Shown here: positions 47,958-57,828 of the stretch, one piece after another | Layout: each line of letters begins with the position of its first letter | Position numbering within the stretch: the first letter of the stretch is position 1 | Source: Thermoplasmatota archaeon | Lineage (GTDB): Archaea; Thermoplasmatota; E2; JACPAO01; JAHFTW01 | Direction: 5' to 3' | Assembly (NCBI GenBank): GCA_041601615.1 | Contig: JBFIHX010000002.1 | Location: 128,001-192,000, forward strand | Length of the DNA: 64,000 bases | The notes under the pieces: generated by a model | What the model was told of the DNA's origin: nothing | What the model saw: only the letters and a program-made list of their open reading frames with translations | Databases searched by the model: none | Translations under genes and position numbers: made by a program

Positions 47958-48758
47958 ATGACTAGCTTCCAGGATTTCGAGGCCAAGGTGAACGGCATCG
48001 TGTTCAACCACCCCGTCGTTACCAGCAACGAATACACCAAGTGGGTCGCCATGGGCGAAATGACCGAAGAAGATGTGCGCGATTTGACCGTGCAATTTTC
48101 GGTCTTCAGTCACTACTTCATCCAAGCCCAACTTCTCAAGTGCTTCAGCGCGAAAACCCTGGAGCAATACCGCAGCGGCAAAGAGATTCTGATGAACGAA
48201 CTCGGCGTCTCCTTCACCAAGCCCGGCGCCACAGACACCGACGACCCCAACGCCGTTCCCACCGAAGGCACTGTCCAAGGCGGCAAGTACCGCCACACCG
48301 CCGCCCACTTCGAGTGGCTCCTGAAGTTCGCCGAACCCCTCGGCCTCGGCTTCAACGAAATCGGCAAATGGAACCAAGGCAGCGACGCCACGCACCACTT
48401 CTGCAACGCCCTCAATGAATGGTACGGCAACCCCGACCCCTGCGTCGGCGCCGGTGCCAGCTACGCCGTCGAAAACTGGGCCGCCCACGGCTTCTGGAAG
48501 GAACTCATCGCCGGCCTCACCGCCTTCAACGACCAGAGCGACAAGAAACTCAACCTCGGCTTCTGGAAGTGGCACGACATGGTCGAAGACCAACACGCCG
48601 AGCACACCCAGGACGAACTGAAGGAAGACTTCGAAGAAGACTGGTTCGACCAGGAGAAGTACCTGGAAGGCGCCGCCGCCATCCTCGAAGCCGTCAATGT
48701 GTTCTGGAAGGGCCTCAACGAGAGCCGCCTCGCGCGCCTCACGGCCACAGTGGCCTAG
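47958..48758 (+). CDS. Heme-oxygenase-like (TenA/PqqC/CADD superfamily) iron-binding redox enzyme
   Basis: HP near the N-terminus, NELG, AHFEW, AVENW, WHDMVEDQHAEH ligand set; strongly biased codons; ATATACA box about 27 nt upstream. Confidence 0.75.
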   Translation: MTSFQDFEAKVNGIVFNHPVVTSNEYTKWVAMGEMTEEDVRDLTVQFSVFSHYFIQAQLLKCFSAKTLEQYRSGKEILMNELGVSFTKPGATDTDDPNAVPTEGTVQGGKYRHTAAHFEWLLKFAEPLGLGFNEIGKWNQGSDATHHFCNALNEWYGNPDPCVGAGASYAVENWAAHGFWKELIAGLTAFNDQSDKKLNLGFWKWHDMVEDQHAEHTQDELKEDFEEDWFDQEKYLEGAAAILEAVNVFWKGLNESRLARLTATVA

Positions 48759-48779
48759 TCGTCGCCCGACGCACCGAGC

Positions 48780-48820
48780 CTTTTTCTCTTCTTCTCATCC
48801 TTTGATCCTCTTTCTTTGTT
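48780..48820 (+). terminator. T/pyrimidine-rich archaeal-type terminator tract
   Basis: TTTTTTCTCTTCTTCTCATCCTTTGATCCTCTTTCTTTGTT just after the 47958-48758 gene. Confidence 0.55.
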
Positions 48821-50019
48821 CACCGTCTTTGGCGCCCGAGCAGAGCCACCGCGAGGGTCAGAAATCCGACTGCAAAGCCCGCGAGGGCTACAAGGTCAGG
48901 CCAGATTCGATCCAGCCCCCATCCCCGAAGTAGGACGGAGCGCAAACCTTCGGTGGACCAGGTCGGGGGCACAAGAAACGAGAGAGGGCGGAGCCAGCCG
49001 GGCAGGCTCTCGATGGGAAGAAAAATGCCTCCAAGCAGTAGGGTGGGAACGACCAGGAGCGGCATGAACTGCACCGCTTGGGCTTCTCTGCGGGCCGCAG
49101 CACTAAGAAGGATTCCAAGGGCTTGGCTGGTGATTCCCAGCAAGACGACAATGGCGATGCCCAGCAAGAATGAGCCTTCTACTTGGACATCGAAAACGAG
49201 GACTGCGAGAACGAACAGGATTGAGACTTGGACCGTGGCGATGCCGCCGAACGCAATGGCGTTGCCGAGGACGATCTCGCTGTCGCGGGTCGGGCCTGCT
49301 TGCAACCGGGCAAGGGTGCCTCCGGTGCGCTCCTGGACAAATGCGAGCACGGTGAGAAGCGTCGTGAAAATGAAGACGCTGAAACTCATGATTCCCGGGA
49401 CGAAGAAGTCGATGAACTTGGCGCCTTCTGCATAGATGATGGTGGATGTGGCCGCAGGCCCAGCATCGGCGCGATCGTCGACGCCGGAAAGTGCGCGTCG
49501 GACCTCTTGCTGGACTGCTTCCACGACCTGGGCATTGGAACCGTCGAGGATCAACCGGGCCTGCGGGTCGGAGGATCCGGTCTCAGGGCTTCCGGTGCTC
49601 CCCGATGCCACATTCGTAGAGGGTCCAAGGCTCGGATTCGGGAGCGGAGGCAAGGGCAGGGGTAAGGCCGAGGGTGGAGTGTGGCTGGCCTCTTGCATGG
49701 CTTCACTGAACCCCGGAGGCACAATGATCGCGGCCCACGCGTCGCCGGCTTCCACGCGGTCGATGGCGCGGCGCTCGCTTGGCTCGTATTCGACATCCAG
49801 TAGATCGGAATCAAGCTCGTCAAGGAACTGGGCCGCCGCGTCTCCGTGGTCGAGGTCCACGACGACCACGCGGAGGTTGGCAAGGTCTGTGCCAAAGACA
49901 AACCCGAACGCAAGGATCGACAGCATGGGGCCGACGAGAATCAAAGCGAGGCTGCGTTTGTCGCGGCGCAGACTTCGCAAGACCTTGAGAGCGATTGCCC
50001 AAGTGCGGCCTGCATTCAC
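48820..50019 (-). CDS. ABC-2 type transporter permease
   Basis: LRRDKRSL, VVDLD, DGSN, FFVPGI, ERTGGTLARL, PIESLPGWLR. Confidence 0.9.
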   Translation of the reverse strand: MNAGRTWAIALKVLRSLRRDKRSLALILVGPMLSILAFGFVFGTDLANLRVVVVDLDHGDAAAQFLDELDSDLLDVEYEPSERRAIDRVEAGDAWAAIIVPPGFSEAMQEASHTPPSALPLPLPPLPNPSLGPSTNVASGSTGSPETGSSDPQARLILDGSNAQVVEAVQQEVRRALSGVDDRADAGPAATSTIIYAEGAKFIDFFVPGIMSFSVFIFTTLLTVLAFVQERTGGTLARLQAGPTRDSEIVLGNAIAFGGIATVQVSILFVLAVLVFDVQVEGSFLLGIAIVVLLGITSQALGILLSAAARREAQAVQFMPLLVVPTLLLGGIFLPIESLPGWLRPLSFLVPPTWSTEGLRSVLLRGWGLDRIWPDLVALAGFAVGFLTLAVALLGRQRR

Positions 50020-50771
50020 GGCGCGCTCCGGGCGGCCAGGTGCAGGAACGCAGATTCAAGATCCTCTTGGCCAGTCGATTCAACTAGGCTTGCGGGGCCG
50101 CCCTCCGCGATGAGTCGGCCTTTGTCCATCAATCCGACGCGGCCGCAGTGCCGGGCCTCATCCATGTAGTGCGTCGTCATCAGGATCGTCACTCCGTTGG
50201 CTTGCAGGCGTCGAAAGAAGGACCAGAAGTTGGCACGCAATTCCGGATCGACGCCGACGGTAGGTTCGTCAAGGACCAACAGGCGCGGGTGGTGGAGCAT
50301 CGCCGTGATGAGGCTGACACGGCGCTTCATGCCGCCAGACAATTCCGAAATGACCGAATCACTGCGGTCTTGGAGCGCAACGAGGCGCAACAGCCGCTCG
50401 GCCTGTTGGCAGAATGTTGCACGGGGCATGCTGTGGATGCGGCGAAAGGTGTCCAGATTCTCCCAGATCGTCAAGTCGTTGTACAATGCGGGCTCCTGGG
50501 GCATGTAGCCGATGAGGCGGCGCGCTGCATCGGGCGGGGTCGCTTCGCCAAGCACCCACGCGCGGCCCGCTGTGGCACGGGTCAGGCCCGTCAGGACCCG
50601 GATCGCCGTCGTCTTTCCTGAGCCGTTGGGGCCGATGAGTCCGTAGATTTCGCCGGCTCGCACGCGCATGGATAGATCGTCGAGTGCCGCCAAGGCGCCG
50701 TACCGTTTGGTAATCCGGTCCATGATGATCGCATGGCGAGGCCTCCTCGGCAAATCATTTGCGCCGGTCAC
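50016..50771 (-). CDS. ABC transporter ATP-binding protein
   Basis: GPNGSGKTT, LSGGMKRR, LDEPTVGVDP, TTHYMDEA. Start inferred (GTG 50771 or ATG 50723). Confidence 0.9.
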   Translation of the reverse strand: MTGANDLPRRPRHAIIMDRITKRYGALAALDDLSMRVRAGEIYGLIGPNGSGKTTAIRVLTGLTRATAGRAWVLGEATPPDAARRLIGYMPQEPALYNDLTIWENLDTFRRIHSMPRATFCQQAERLLRLVALQDRSDSVISELSGGMKRRVSLITAMLHHPRLLVLDEPTVGVDPELRANFWSFFRRLQANGVTILMTTHYMDEARHCGRVGLMDKGRLIAEGGPASLVESTGQEDLESAFLHLAARSAP

Positions 50772-52173
50772 GTCGGGCCTCCGCCGTCCTCGGTTGCTCG
50801 GGGGGCTTCGACCCGGGCCTGGGTGCTGGGCTGCTCGGCTGTTTTGTCCGGGGTCTTTCGGGGCGCGTCCTCGCACCTTGGGCCGTTGAGGGACTCGGCG
50901 CCGGCCCCTGGGCAAGAAGATGAAGATCCTCTGCGTCCAAGGCATCAAGCTCGCTCATCGTGGCCTCCTCTTTCGCCCCGATCTTCCGGGCCCGTGCCCT
51001 GCGGCGACCAATGAGAATGGGGCCAACAATCAGCAGCTCTAGCAACAGCACACCTCCTACGCTCAAGGCGACAATGCCTCCTGTTCCAAGCCGAGGTCCT
51101 GCGGCGAGGTTCTGAAGTGGAATCACCGTGGATTGCTCATGGCGTGTGCCAAAGCTGTCGGTATAGGCCAACTCGATGAGTGCGACGGGGCCCCCGTCGC
51201 CTTGGGAACGCACATCGAACGCGGCGGTGGAAAACGCACCCGCAGGCAGGTTTCCAAGCGCAATCGTATCGGCGTTCGTCACCGTGATCCCCTTTTCAGA
51301 AATCATGCGGACCTGGACGCCGGTGACCGGTTGCAGGCCGATGTTTGCCACCGCGAGGGTCACGGTCTCCTCGTCGATGTCCTGCACCCCCACCGACAAT
51401 CCGAGGCTGCCCGCCACCAGGACTCCCACCGTGGAGGTCGTGTCGAATCCGAATCCTGTGGGGTCGTTGTAGGTCGCTTGGAAGGTCAGTGCATAAGGCC
51501 CCGGCACCGCGCTTGAACTGCTCGTCATGCGCACGGGGACCTGCACCTCAGAGCGCGGCGCCACGGCCGGAATCTGGAACTCGTTACTGCCTCCCAGCGG
51601 AAACACCACGTTTCCGGCGCTGCTCCACCGCACCACCACATTCGACAGGACCGCGGGGCCGACATTCGCTACAGTGATGTTGATGTCCGTACCGAGCCCC
51701 GGGGCCAAATGGTCGGGAGACAGAGATCGGACCACGAGCGCGGCAGGGGAGCGGACCGTGATCGTCACATCCTGCGTTTCCCGGATGTGGTCAGAGGTGG
51801 ACGAGCCCTGCAACGTCACTCGGATCCGGTAGTACCCCGGGGCCAGATCCGCCGGGACTCCAAACGGGATCTGTGGCGTGGCCGTACCCTCCGGGCCCAA
51901 TGTGCCAAGAAACAGGCGCTCCGGTTCGACCACGAGCCCAACGTCTAGGGCCTCCACCTCCACCTCTAGGCTGTAGACCGTGACCGTGCCGACATTGCGC
52001 ACCTCGATTGCCAGGCTCCCAACCGTATCTGGCAAAGAGGTGGCCGGGGATGGGAGGGGCGATAATTGGACACGGGGCGCTGGCTGGGCTGCCATGCTAG
52101 GTACGAGGACAACCAAGATCAACAAAGCTGCCAACAGAAATCCCGGTCCGATGCGGGGGCTCGCACGGCGCAT
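50755..52173 (-). CDS. COG1361/CARDB-type Ig-like surface protein
   Basis: Signal peptide, three N.G...V...LG.L..G beta-sandwich repeats, C-terminal TM plus basic tail; heads the ABC operon. Confidence 0.8.
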   Translation of the reverse strand: MRRASPRIGPGFLLAALLILVVLVPSMAAQPAPRVQLSPLPSPATSLPDTVGSLAIEVRNVGTVTVYSLEVEVEALDVGLVVEPERLFLGTLGPEGTATPQIPFGVPADLAPGYYRIRVTLQGSSTSDHIRETQDVTITVRSPAALVVRSLSPDHLAPGLGTDINITVANVGPAVLSNVVVRWSSAGNVVFPLGGSNEFQIPAVAPRSEVQVPVRMTSSSSAVPGPYALTFQATYNDPTGFGFDTTSTVGVLVAGSLGLSVGVQDIDEETVTLAVANIGLQPVTGVQVRMISEKGITVTNADTIALGNLPAGAFSTAAFDVRSQGDGGPVALIELAYTDSFGTRHEQSTVIPLQNLAAGPRLGTGGIVALSVGGVLLLELLIVGPILIGRRRARARKIGAKEEATMSELDALDAEDLHLLAQGPAPSPSTAQGARTRPERPRTKQPSSPAPRPGSKPPEQPRTAEARRDRRK

Positions 52174-52301
52174 ATAGGGTATTGCTGGGCGCCAAGAGGC
52201 CATAAATGCCGAGGCGAGCGGCTCTCTGGCTCCCTGCGCCGCGACTCGGCCTTGTTTTTGGGTATAGGAGGCTCTTTCGCGGCGGCCCGACTGGCGCGCC
52301 T

Positions 52302-53618
52302 GTGCGCCTTCTCGTCGTGGCCCTGTTTCTGATTCTCCCACTTGCTGGGTGCCTGGATGCTGACTCTAGCGATCCGATCATGGACGAACCCGACCTTTTT
52401 GCTCGCAAACCCGCCCTTGCGTTTCGGGCAGTCGTGGACCTTGGAAGCAAAGCCGGCATCATGGACACCGGCGTTGGCGCCGTCGGGACCTCCTGCCAGG
52501 ACAGCGTGGATGACGGCGACTGCGGTCTCGGTGAACCGACCCTGGAAGTGGACGGCCGAGGCACGGTATACGTCAGCGGCGTCTGCTGCCTCACCGTGGC
52601 GCCCCCGGTCGTCGTAAGCCGCGACGGCGGCGCAACGTTCTCGCCTCTGTCCACGCCGGGTGTTCGCGAGGCATTCGGAATCGAGGGTGACTTTGCCGTG
52701 GACGCAGAGGGGCGCGTGTACTTCTCGGACATCGAAATGGCCGGCACGTTCCAGGTCACCGTCTGGGACAAGGATGGCGAGTACCTGCGACACACCAAGT
52801 GGCCTGCCCCCCCGCTCGTCGACCGCGACTGGGTGCGCGCCGAAGGCGACGGCACGGTCTACTACATCTACAACACCGGATTCTTTGGCACCCGCGTCTA
52901 CAAGAGCACAGACGCCGGCATGACCTGGAGCCCCGACGCCATCCACGTCGTCCCCTACGGCCTTGGCAACGTCGCAATTGACCCCGGACGCGAACTTTGC
53001 TTGTTTGGCGGCAACCTCGACGGCTTCCGACGCCTCGATTGCAGCCAAGACGGCGGGGCAACCTGGACCACCGAAACCAGCTCGCTCCCCGTGGGCGACG
53101 AGGCCTACCCCGTGGGCGCCTACGACGAAGCCGGCACCTTGCACCTTGCCGAGGCCGCAGGCGGACGCATCACCTACACACACCGCGACGCCAACGGATC
53201 CTGGGGCGAAGTGCAACAAATTGGCCCCGACGAAGGCCAACAACGCATGCCGTGGATCGCAGCCGGCGCCCCTGGCGCTGTGGCACTTGCTTGGTACGGC
53301 ACCAACGCCACCGACGGCAACGGCGACTGGTTCCTACATGCTGCAGCCAGCCGCAACGCCGACCAAACCGTGCCCGCCGCTCGCTGGGATACCGTCATCG
53401 CCGACCCCGAACCGGTCTTCCAGGGTGCACTTGGCCGCGACCTTCTCGACTTCCTGCAAGTAGAACTCGGCCCCGACGGAGCCATGCACATCGCCTACAG
53501 CAAGAACCGCCCCGGCCAAGGCCCCGACGGCAACGAGGAACAATTGCAGTACGTCCGCAGCGAAGCAAGCCCTCTAGCCGCCAGCCGGTACGCTTGGGGT
53601 CCTGTACCGGAAGCCTGA
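52302..53618 (+). CDS. BNR/sialidase-like lipoprotein
   Basis: GTG start, LAGC lipobox; SRDGGATF, STDAGMTW, SQDGGATW Asp boxes; GEP, DRDW, LLDF. Confidence 0.83.
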   Translation: MRLLVVALFLILPLAGCLDADSSDPIMDEPDLFARKPALAFRAVVDLGSKAGIMDTGVGAVGTSCQDSVDDGDCGLGEPTLEVDGRGTVYVSGVCCLTVAPPVVVSRDGGATFSPLSTPGVREAFGIEGDFAVDAEGRVYFSDIEMAGTFQVTVWDKDGEYLRHTKWPAPPLVDRDWVRAEGDGTVYYIYNTGFFGTRVYKSTDAGMTWSPDAIHVVPYGLGNVAIDPGRELCLFGGNLDGFRRLDCSQDGGATWTTETSSLPVGDEAYPVGAYDEAGTLHLAEAAGGRITYTHRDANGSWGEVQQIGPDEGQQRMPWIAAGAPGAVALAWYGTNATDGNGDWFLHAAASRNADQTVPAARWDTVIADPEPVFQGALGRDLLDFLQVELGPDGAMHIAYSKNRPGQGPDGNEEQLQYVRSEASPLAASRYAWGPVPEA

Positions 53619-53644
53619 ATCGCAGCAGACCTTCCGCAAGCGAC

Positions 53645-53980
53645 ATGGCCGGACCGACACGGTGGAAACGGTTCGTCGCCTGGATGAACGACAAGCAACG
53701 CAACGACACGCTCGTGGATGCCTGGAGCTTCGTCCACTTGCTCACAGGCGTCGCGGCGGGTTGGGTCATGGACCCCTTCGTTGCACTCCTGCTGCTCGTC
53801 TTGTGGGAGCCCCTCGAAATCCTCGTCCTGTCGCCCGTCATCGAGCGCCTAGCAGGCATCAAATTCGGCTTCGAGACCCTCCGCAACAGCACAAGTGACA
53901 TTGTGTTTGATGCCGCTGGCGTGGCGCTTGGATATTGGGGGTTGCGGGCCGTGGTGGATGCGCCGTTTGCTTGGTTTTGA
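53645..53980 (+). CDS. Small membrane protein (DUF2585-like)
   Basis: DAWSFVHLLTG...WEPLE...ETLRNSTSDI motif set. Confidence 0.72.
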   Translation: MAGPTRWKRFVAWMNDKQRNDTLVDAWSFVHLLTGVAAGWVMDPFVALLLLVLWEPLEILVLSPVIERLAGIKFGFETLRNSTSDIVFDAAGVALGYWGLRAVVDAPFAWF

Positions 53981-54136
53981 CGGCGCCGAGGGTTCGGGTG
54001 GCCGAGGCGTAGCCGAGTGCCGCCCAAAATGGTCGAACTTTTTGAAGGTCGAGCGAAATCGTGTTTGATGCCGCTGGCGTGGCGCTTGGATATTGGGGGT
54101 TGCGGGCCGTGGTGGATGCGCCGTTTGCTTGGTTTT
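53903..54136. repeat. Exact 76-bp direct repeat (53903-53978 and 54061-54136)
   Basis: Base-by-base identical; duplicates the 3' end of the 53645-53980 gene; 82-bp spacer. Confidence 0.92.
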
Positions 54137-54185
54137 AGCAGGCCCCCGTCGCCAACTTGAAACCCGTGAAGCGGATGGGTGCTCT

Positions 54186-54947
54186 ATGTCCAGGCAGCTT
54201 GGAATCGTGGCCGGAGTTGCCGCTGGAATCCCCGCGTCCCTCGCCGCGATTCTGATGGCGGCAGAACGCGGTGCGTTTTTTTCCCAGACCAGCCTAGGAC
54301 AGGAATTGATACAGGGGACGTTGGCGCTCGTGTTGGCGCCTTTGATGTTGGGAGCCTCGGTGGGACTTGCGTGGGGGCATCCGGTGCCGAAGTGGCGACA
54401 TGGCCTGCCGGTCCTAGCCGGGGTGTTTGCCGGAATGCTCGTGCTGGGATTGAGCAACTTCGGCCCGGCGCTCGTGTCAGGAGACGGCGAGGGTAATTTC
54501 GACGCGGCTCCCGCGGCCTATGGGGTCATGGCGTTGTTCTTGGCGACACTTGCGCTTGGACGCTGGTGGCCCACGGACGGGTCGGCAGCGCCGTTGGTTG
54601 GGCTTTCCACGCTTACGGTCGCCTCCGTTGTGTGGACGGATCACGCTTTGTTCAAGGATACGAGCACGCCGGGAGTCTGGTGGCTGATTCTCGCGGTGGC
54701 GGCGGTGGCCGTTTTTGCGTCGCCTTGGGTGCGGTCTCGGCTCGGGGTGCGTTCGCTCCTGGTGGGTGTTGTGCTCGCGGCGATTGCTCTGGTGGGCGTG
54801 GTCGCGACCTCCTGGTATGCCACTTGGACTTCGGACTCCATCGCGCCTTTCATGCTCCTGGCGGGCACCGTCGTTCTGGTTCCGGCTGCCGTGGTGCTCT
54901 TGGATCTGTGGCTCGCGGCACGGGAGCTCCGCGTGGCGGCCGGCTAG
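54186..54947 (+). CDS. Hypothetical polytopic membrane protein
   Basis: About eight hydrophobic helices; start trimmed to ATG 54186. Confidence 0.7.
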   Translation: MSRQLGIVAGVAAGIPASLAAILMAAERGAFFSQTSLGQELIQGTLALVLAPLMLGASVGLAWGHPVPKWRHGLPVLAGVFAGMLVLGLSNFGPALVSGDGEGNFDAAPAAYGVMALFLATLALGRWWPTDGSAAPLVGLSTLTVASVVWTDHALFKDTSTPGVWWLILAVAAVAVFASPWVRSRLGVRSLLVGVVLAAIALVGVVATSWYATWTSDSIAPFMLLAGTVVLVPAAVVLLDLWLAARELRVAAG

Positions 54948-55026
54948 ACCCGCTGGTTGGGCACAGAGTTTCGACACCTCGAATCGGTTCGATTCAACAA
55001 CCCCGCCCGCCTCCTTGCTTCTGCCC

Positions 55027-55965
55027 GTGAACATCCACACCGAGCACGCTCGCCCGCAACAGCGCCACCAGCACTACGGGCGCAACCTGCTCGTGGCTCT
55101 ATTGGCCAGCGGCAGCGTGTTGATCGTGGAGGTCTGGGCAAGCATCCGAACCGGCAGCCTGGCGCTCCTGTCCGACGCTGGGCACCTGCTCATTGACTTA
55201 TCGGGCCTGGTGCTTGCGTACTTTGCCCTGCGCTGGGCCAGCCGCCCCGCAACTCCGCAAGCAACGTATGGATTCTACCGCGCCGAGGTTCTGGCAGCCG
55301 GAATCAACGGGGTGCTCCTCGTGGGCATTGTGTTGTTTTTGGTGTACCGTGCCTTCGAGCGACTGCGCGATCCGCTGCCGGAGCTCGACACCAGCCTCGT
55401 GTTGATCGTGGCGCTCATTGGCTTGGCCGCGAATATCATTGCAGCCCTGATGCTGCACCGTGACGCCCAAGAGAACATCAACACGCGTGGTGCCTACTGG
55501 AACGTCCTTGGCGACGCCGTGGCAAGTGTCGGCGTGGTGTTCTCGGCGCTGCTTGTTCGCTGGACCGGGAACTCCTCCTGGGACACCTACGTTACCTTCC
55601 TCGTTGCGGCCATCATTGCGTACGGCGCCTTGGGGTTGCTGCGGGCCAGCGCCTCCATTTTGCTCGAAACCGCACCGCCCCACCTGGACATGGCGGACGT
55701 AAAACGCGCCGTCGAGGGGCTTGGCGACGTGGTGAACGTGCACGATTTGCACTGTTGGACCCTGACGCCGGGCCAGTACAGCCTCACCATGCATGTCAGC
55801 ATCGCAGCCGCAGCGGTGCCTCGCTTCCACCACGTCATCCATGACATTGAGGAATTGTTGCTGGAGCGATTCGAGCTAGACCACTGTACCATTCAAGTGG
55901 AGCCCGAGGGAGCGGACCCGGAAAGCGACCGGTTTGATCCGGTGCACGGCGAATTGCCGCTGTAG
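55027..55965 (+). CDS. Cation diffusion facilitator (CzcD/ZitB-like) exporter
   Basis: SLALLSDAGH..D, TYGFYRAEVL, NVLGD, VHDLHCW, HCTIQVE; GTG start inferred. Confidence 0.92.
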   Translation: MNIHTEHARPQQRHQHYGRNLLVALLASGSVLIVEVWASIRTGSLALLSDAGHLLIDLSGLVLAYFALRWASRPATPQATYGFYRAEVLAAGINGVLLVGIVLFLVYRAFERLRDPLPELDTSLVLIVALIGLAANIIAALMLHRDAQENINTRGAYWNVLGDAVASVGVVFSALLVRWTGNSSWDTYVTFLVAAIIAYGALGLLRASASILLETAPPHLDMADVKRAVEGLGDVVNVHDLHCWTLTPGQYSLTMHVSIAAAAVPRFHHVIHDIEELLLERFELDHCTIQVEPEGADPESDRFDPVHGELPL

Positions 55966-55988
55966 GGGCAAGCGCGTCGAGAGGCAGC

Positions 55989-56240
55989 TTAGGCGTCGTC
56001 GATGGCAATCATGCCGTCCCGCTCAGCCGCCTCTTCTGCGGCCAAAGTGTCGGGCTGCAGCACACTCATGGGGACCGGAGCCAGCGTCACGATGATGCCG
56101 AGCACGATCAATGCGAGGCCAAGCCAGACCCGTCCGAAATCAAAGAGGTTGATGGAGCCCGCTGCGAACGTGAAGATGCCGCCAATCTTGGCAAACAAGG
56201 TCAGGCGCTTGTAGTCCGTCTCGGAGAGCACCAGGGGCAT
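55989..56240 (-). CDS. Small two-TM membrane protein
   Basis: ATG start, two hydrophobic segments, host-like codon usage. Confidence 0.6.
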   Translation of the reverse strand: MPLVLSETDYKRLTLFAKIGGIFTFAAGSINLFDFGRVWLGLALIVLGIIVTLAPVPMSVLQPDTLAAEEAAERDGMIAIDDA

Positions 56241-56465
56241 GAATCGTTCGACGGGGCCGTCCTATTTGGTCGTTGGTGCAGGCCCGGCGTCCAAGTCCAC
56301 CTAGCTCCCGACCATGGCCTGCACATCGGTGGCCTGCGAAGGCGGGACCTCGTAGTCGTGCGGGGTCTGGGGCGGGCCGCCAAATACGAACGGCAAGACG
56401 AACGGCGCGATGCGGGGGCCGGGGGGTCGCATACAACGTGCTTTGGCGCCAGCAAACCACCTACG

Positions 56466-57035
56466 TTATGGTGGATTTCTGGAACGGTCCCTCGATACCC
56501 ACCACGCAACCCCCAGGAGCGCGGACGCGGCGAGCGCGAACCACCAACCGGCAGCCGGATAGAAGGTCGCCGTTGCTGTGGCGCCCTCGGCAAGCCCCGA
56601 GTAGCTGCGCCCGCCCCAGAAGGGCAAGTCCGTAGGCCAAAACCACGCGGACGCGACGGCGAGGGCCACCATTCCGGATTGGATGCAAAGGTCACGGCGC
56701 CAAAGTCGAGGCTCGTAGGCGTGGCTGCGGCCGGCGATGCGCACGAACAGCCACATCGCGGCGCCGGATGCAACCACGGACGTCACCCAGATTGCAGCGG
56801 CGTGGGTGCCATCGTCGGCGTTGCCAAGGCCAAAGGGCCGAGCGTAGAAATCGTAGCCAAACCCGGTCGATTCCTCGTAGCTAGCGTGCCACCACGGAAG
56901 CCAAAGGGCAGTCAAAAGCAGAAGGAACGCGGCGATGGCCACGGCGCGGGAGCGGCGAAGCGGCGCGGGGACGGACTCTTCGGGCCATTCCTTTCCGCTT
57001 CCAGGCACGAGGGGCGCGACGGATGCCGCGTGCAT
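56466..57035 (-). CDS. Hypothetical membrane protein
   Basis: Four TM helices with LPWW and GWW..AL motifs; start uncertain. Confidence 0.6.
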   Translation of the reverse strand: MHAASVAPLVPGSGKEWPEESVPAPLRRSRAVAIAAFLLLLTALWLPWWHASYEESTGFGYDFYARPFGLGNADDGTHAAAIWVTSVVASGAAMWLFVRIAGRSHAYEPRLWRRDLCIQSGMVALAVASAWFWPTDLPFWGGRSYSGLAEGATATATFYPAAGWWFALAASALLGVAWWVSRDRSRNPP

Positions 57036-57109
57036 GAGCGTGGCGGTCGAGGCCAGGACTCCAACAATCCTCAAGGACCCCCACGGCTCGTGCGGCCCAC
57101 GGAGCCCCC

Positions 57110-57757
57110 ATGGACCCCCTCCAGCACGCCCCGAACCCGGCCCACCACGAGCACTTGCTTGCGGCCCGCCGCGTGCTGGAATTGCCCATTGAAGTCAGTC
57201 GCTTGCACTGGCATCCGTTCGGCCTGTACACGATTCCCCTGGCCAAGCGACGGGAGGACGAAACCGATGGAGGGCGAATCTGGTCCCGCCGCCTCCACAT
57301 TTGGCATCCCTTGGCGACCCCCGTTGGTGAAGCGAGCCCCTACGGCGTCCACACGCACACCGGCACCGCCGCGAGCCACGTCCTTGTCGGCACCCTGCAC
57401 CACCACTTGTACGACTTCGAGCCCGACGCGGACGGAATCTGGCAACGAGCCGCGCTCGGCGTCCCCGAGGGTCGAGCAACGCTGCGGGGCCATCTTCAGG
57501 CGCCCACGGTGGCAGGCCAGACCCACACCTTGCCCGCGCACCAGCCGCACGGCGTGAGCAAACCGCCCGGGTTCGCCATGAGTCTCTTTGAGCAACTAGA
57601 CGAACCCAAAAATCCCGGGCACGCAGCCGAATTTACGACGTGGCAACGAACGGACGTGCCGGCCGAGCCCTTGCTCAAAACCGGTCCCGTGCCCCTCGCC
57701 GCCGTGCAAAGGGAAGCATTGCTCGTAGTGGACGCCGCCATTGCCACCCTTGCCTAG
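57110..57757 (+). CDS. Hypothetical cupin-like protein
   Basis: RLHIWHP...VHTH....SHVLVGTL and AGQTHTLPAHQPH resemble the two cupin motifs. Confidence 0.6.
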   Translation: MDPLQHAPNPAHHEHLLAARRVLELPIEVSRLHWHPFGLYTIPLAKRREDETDGGRIWSRRLHIWHPLATPVGEASPYGVHTHTGTAASHVLVGTLHHHLYDFEPDADGIWQRAALGVPEGRATLRGHLQAPTVAGQTHTLPAHQPHGVSKPPGFAMSLFEQLDEPKNPGHAAEFTTWQRTDVPAEPLLKTGPVPLAAVQREALLVVDAAIATLA

Positions 57758-57828
57758 GCAACGCCGGCAGCCAAATTGCACCGGCGAACGCGGCAATCCT
57801 TTTGATGCAGAGAGCCGACCGCGAATCC

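Noticed and set aside
53903-54136. CRISPR interpretation of the direct repeat
   Set aside because: Only two 76-bp units, they are coding sequence, and no cas genes are present.
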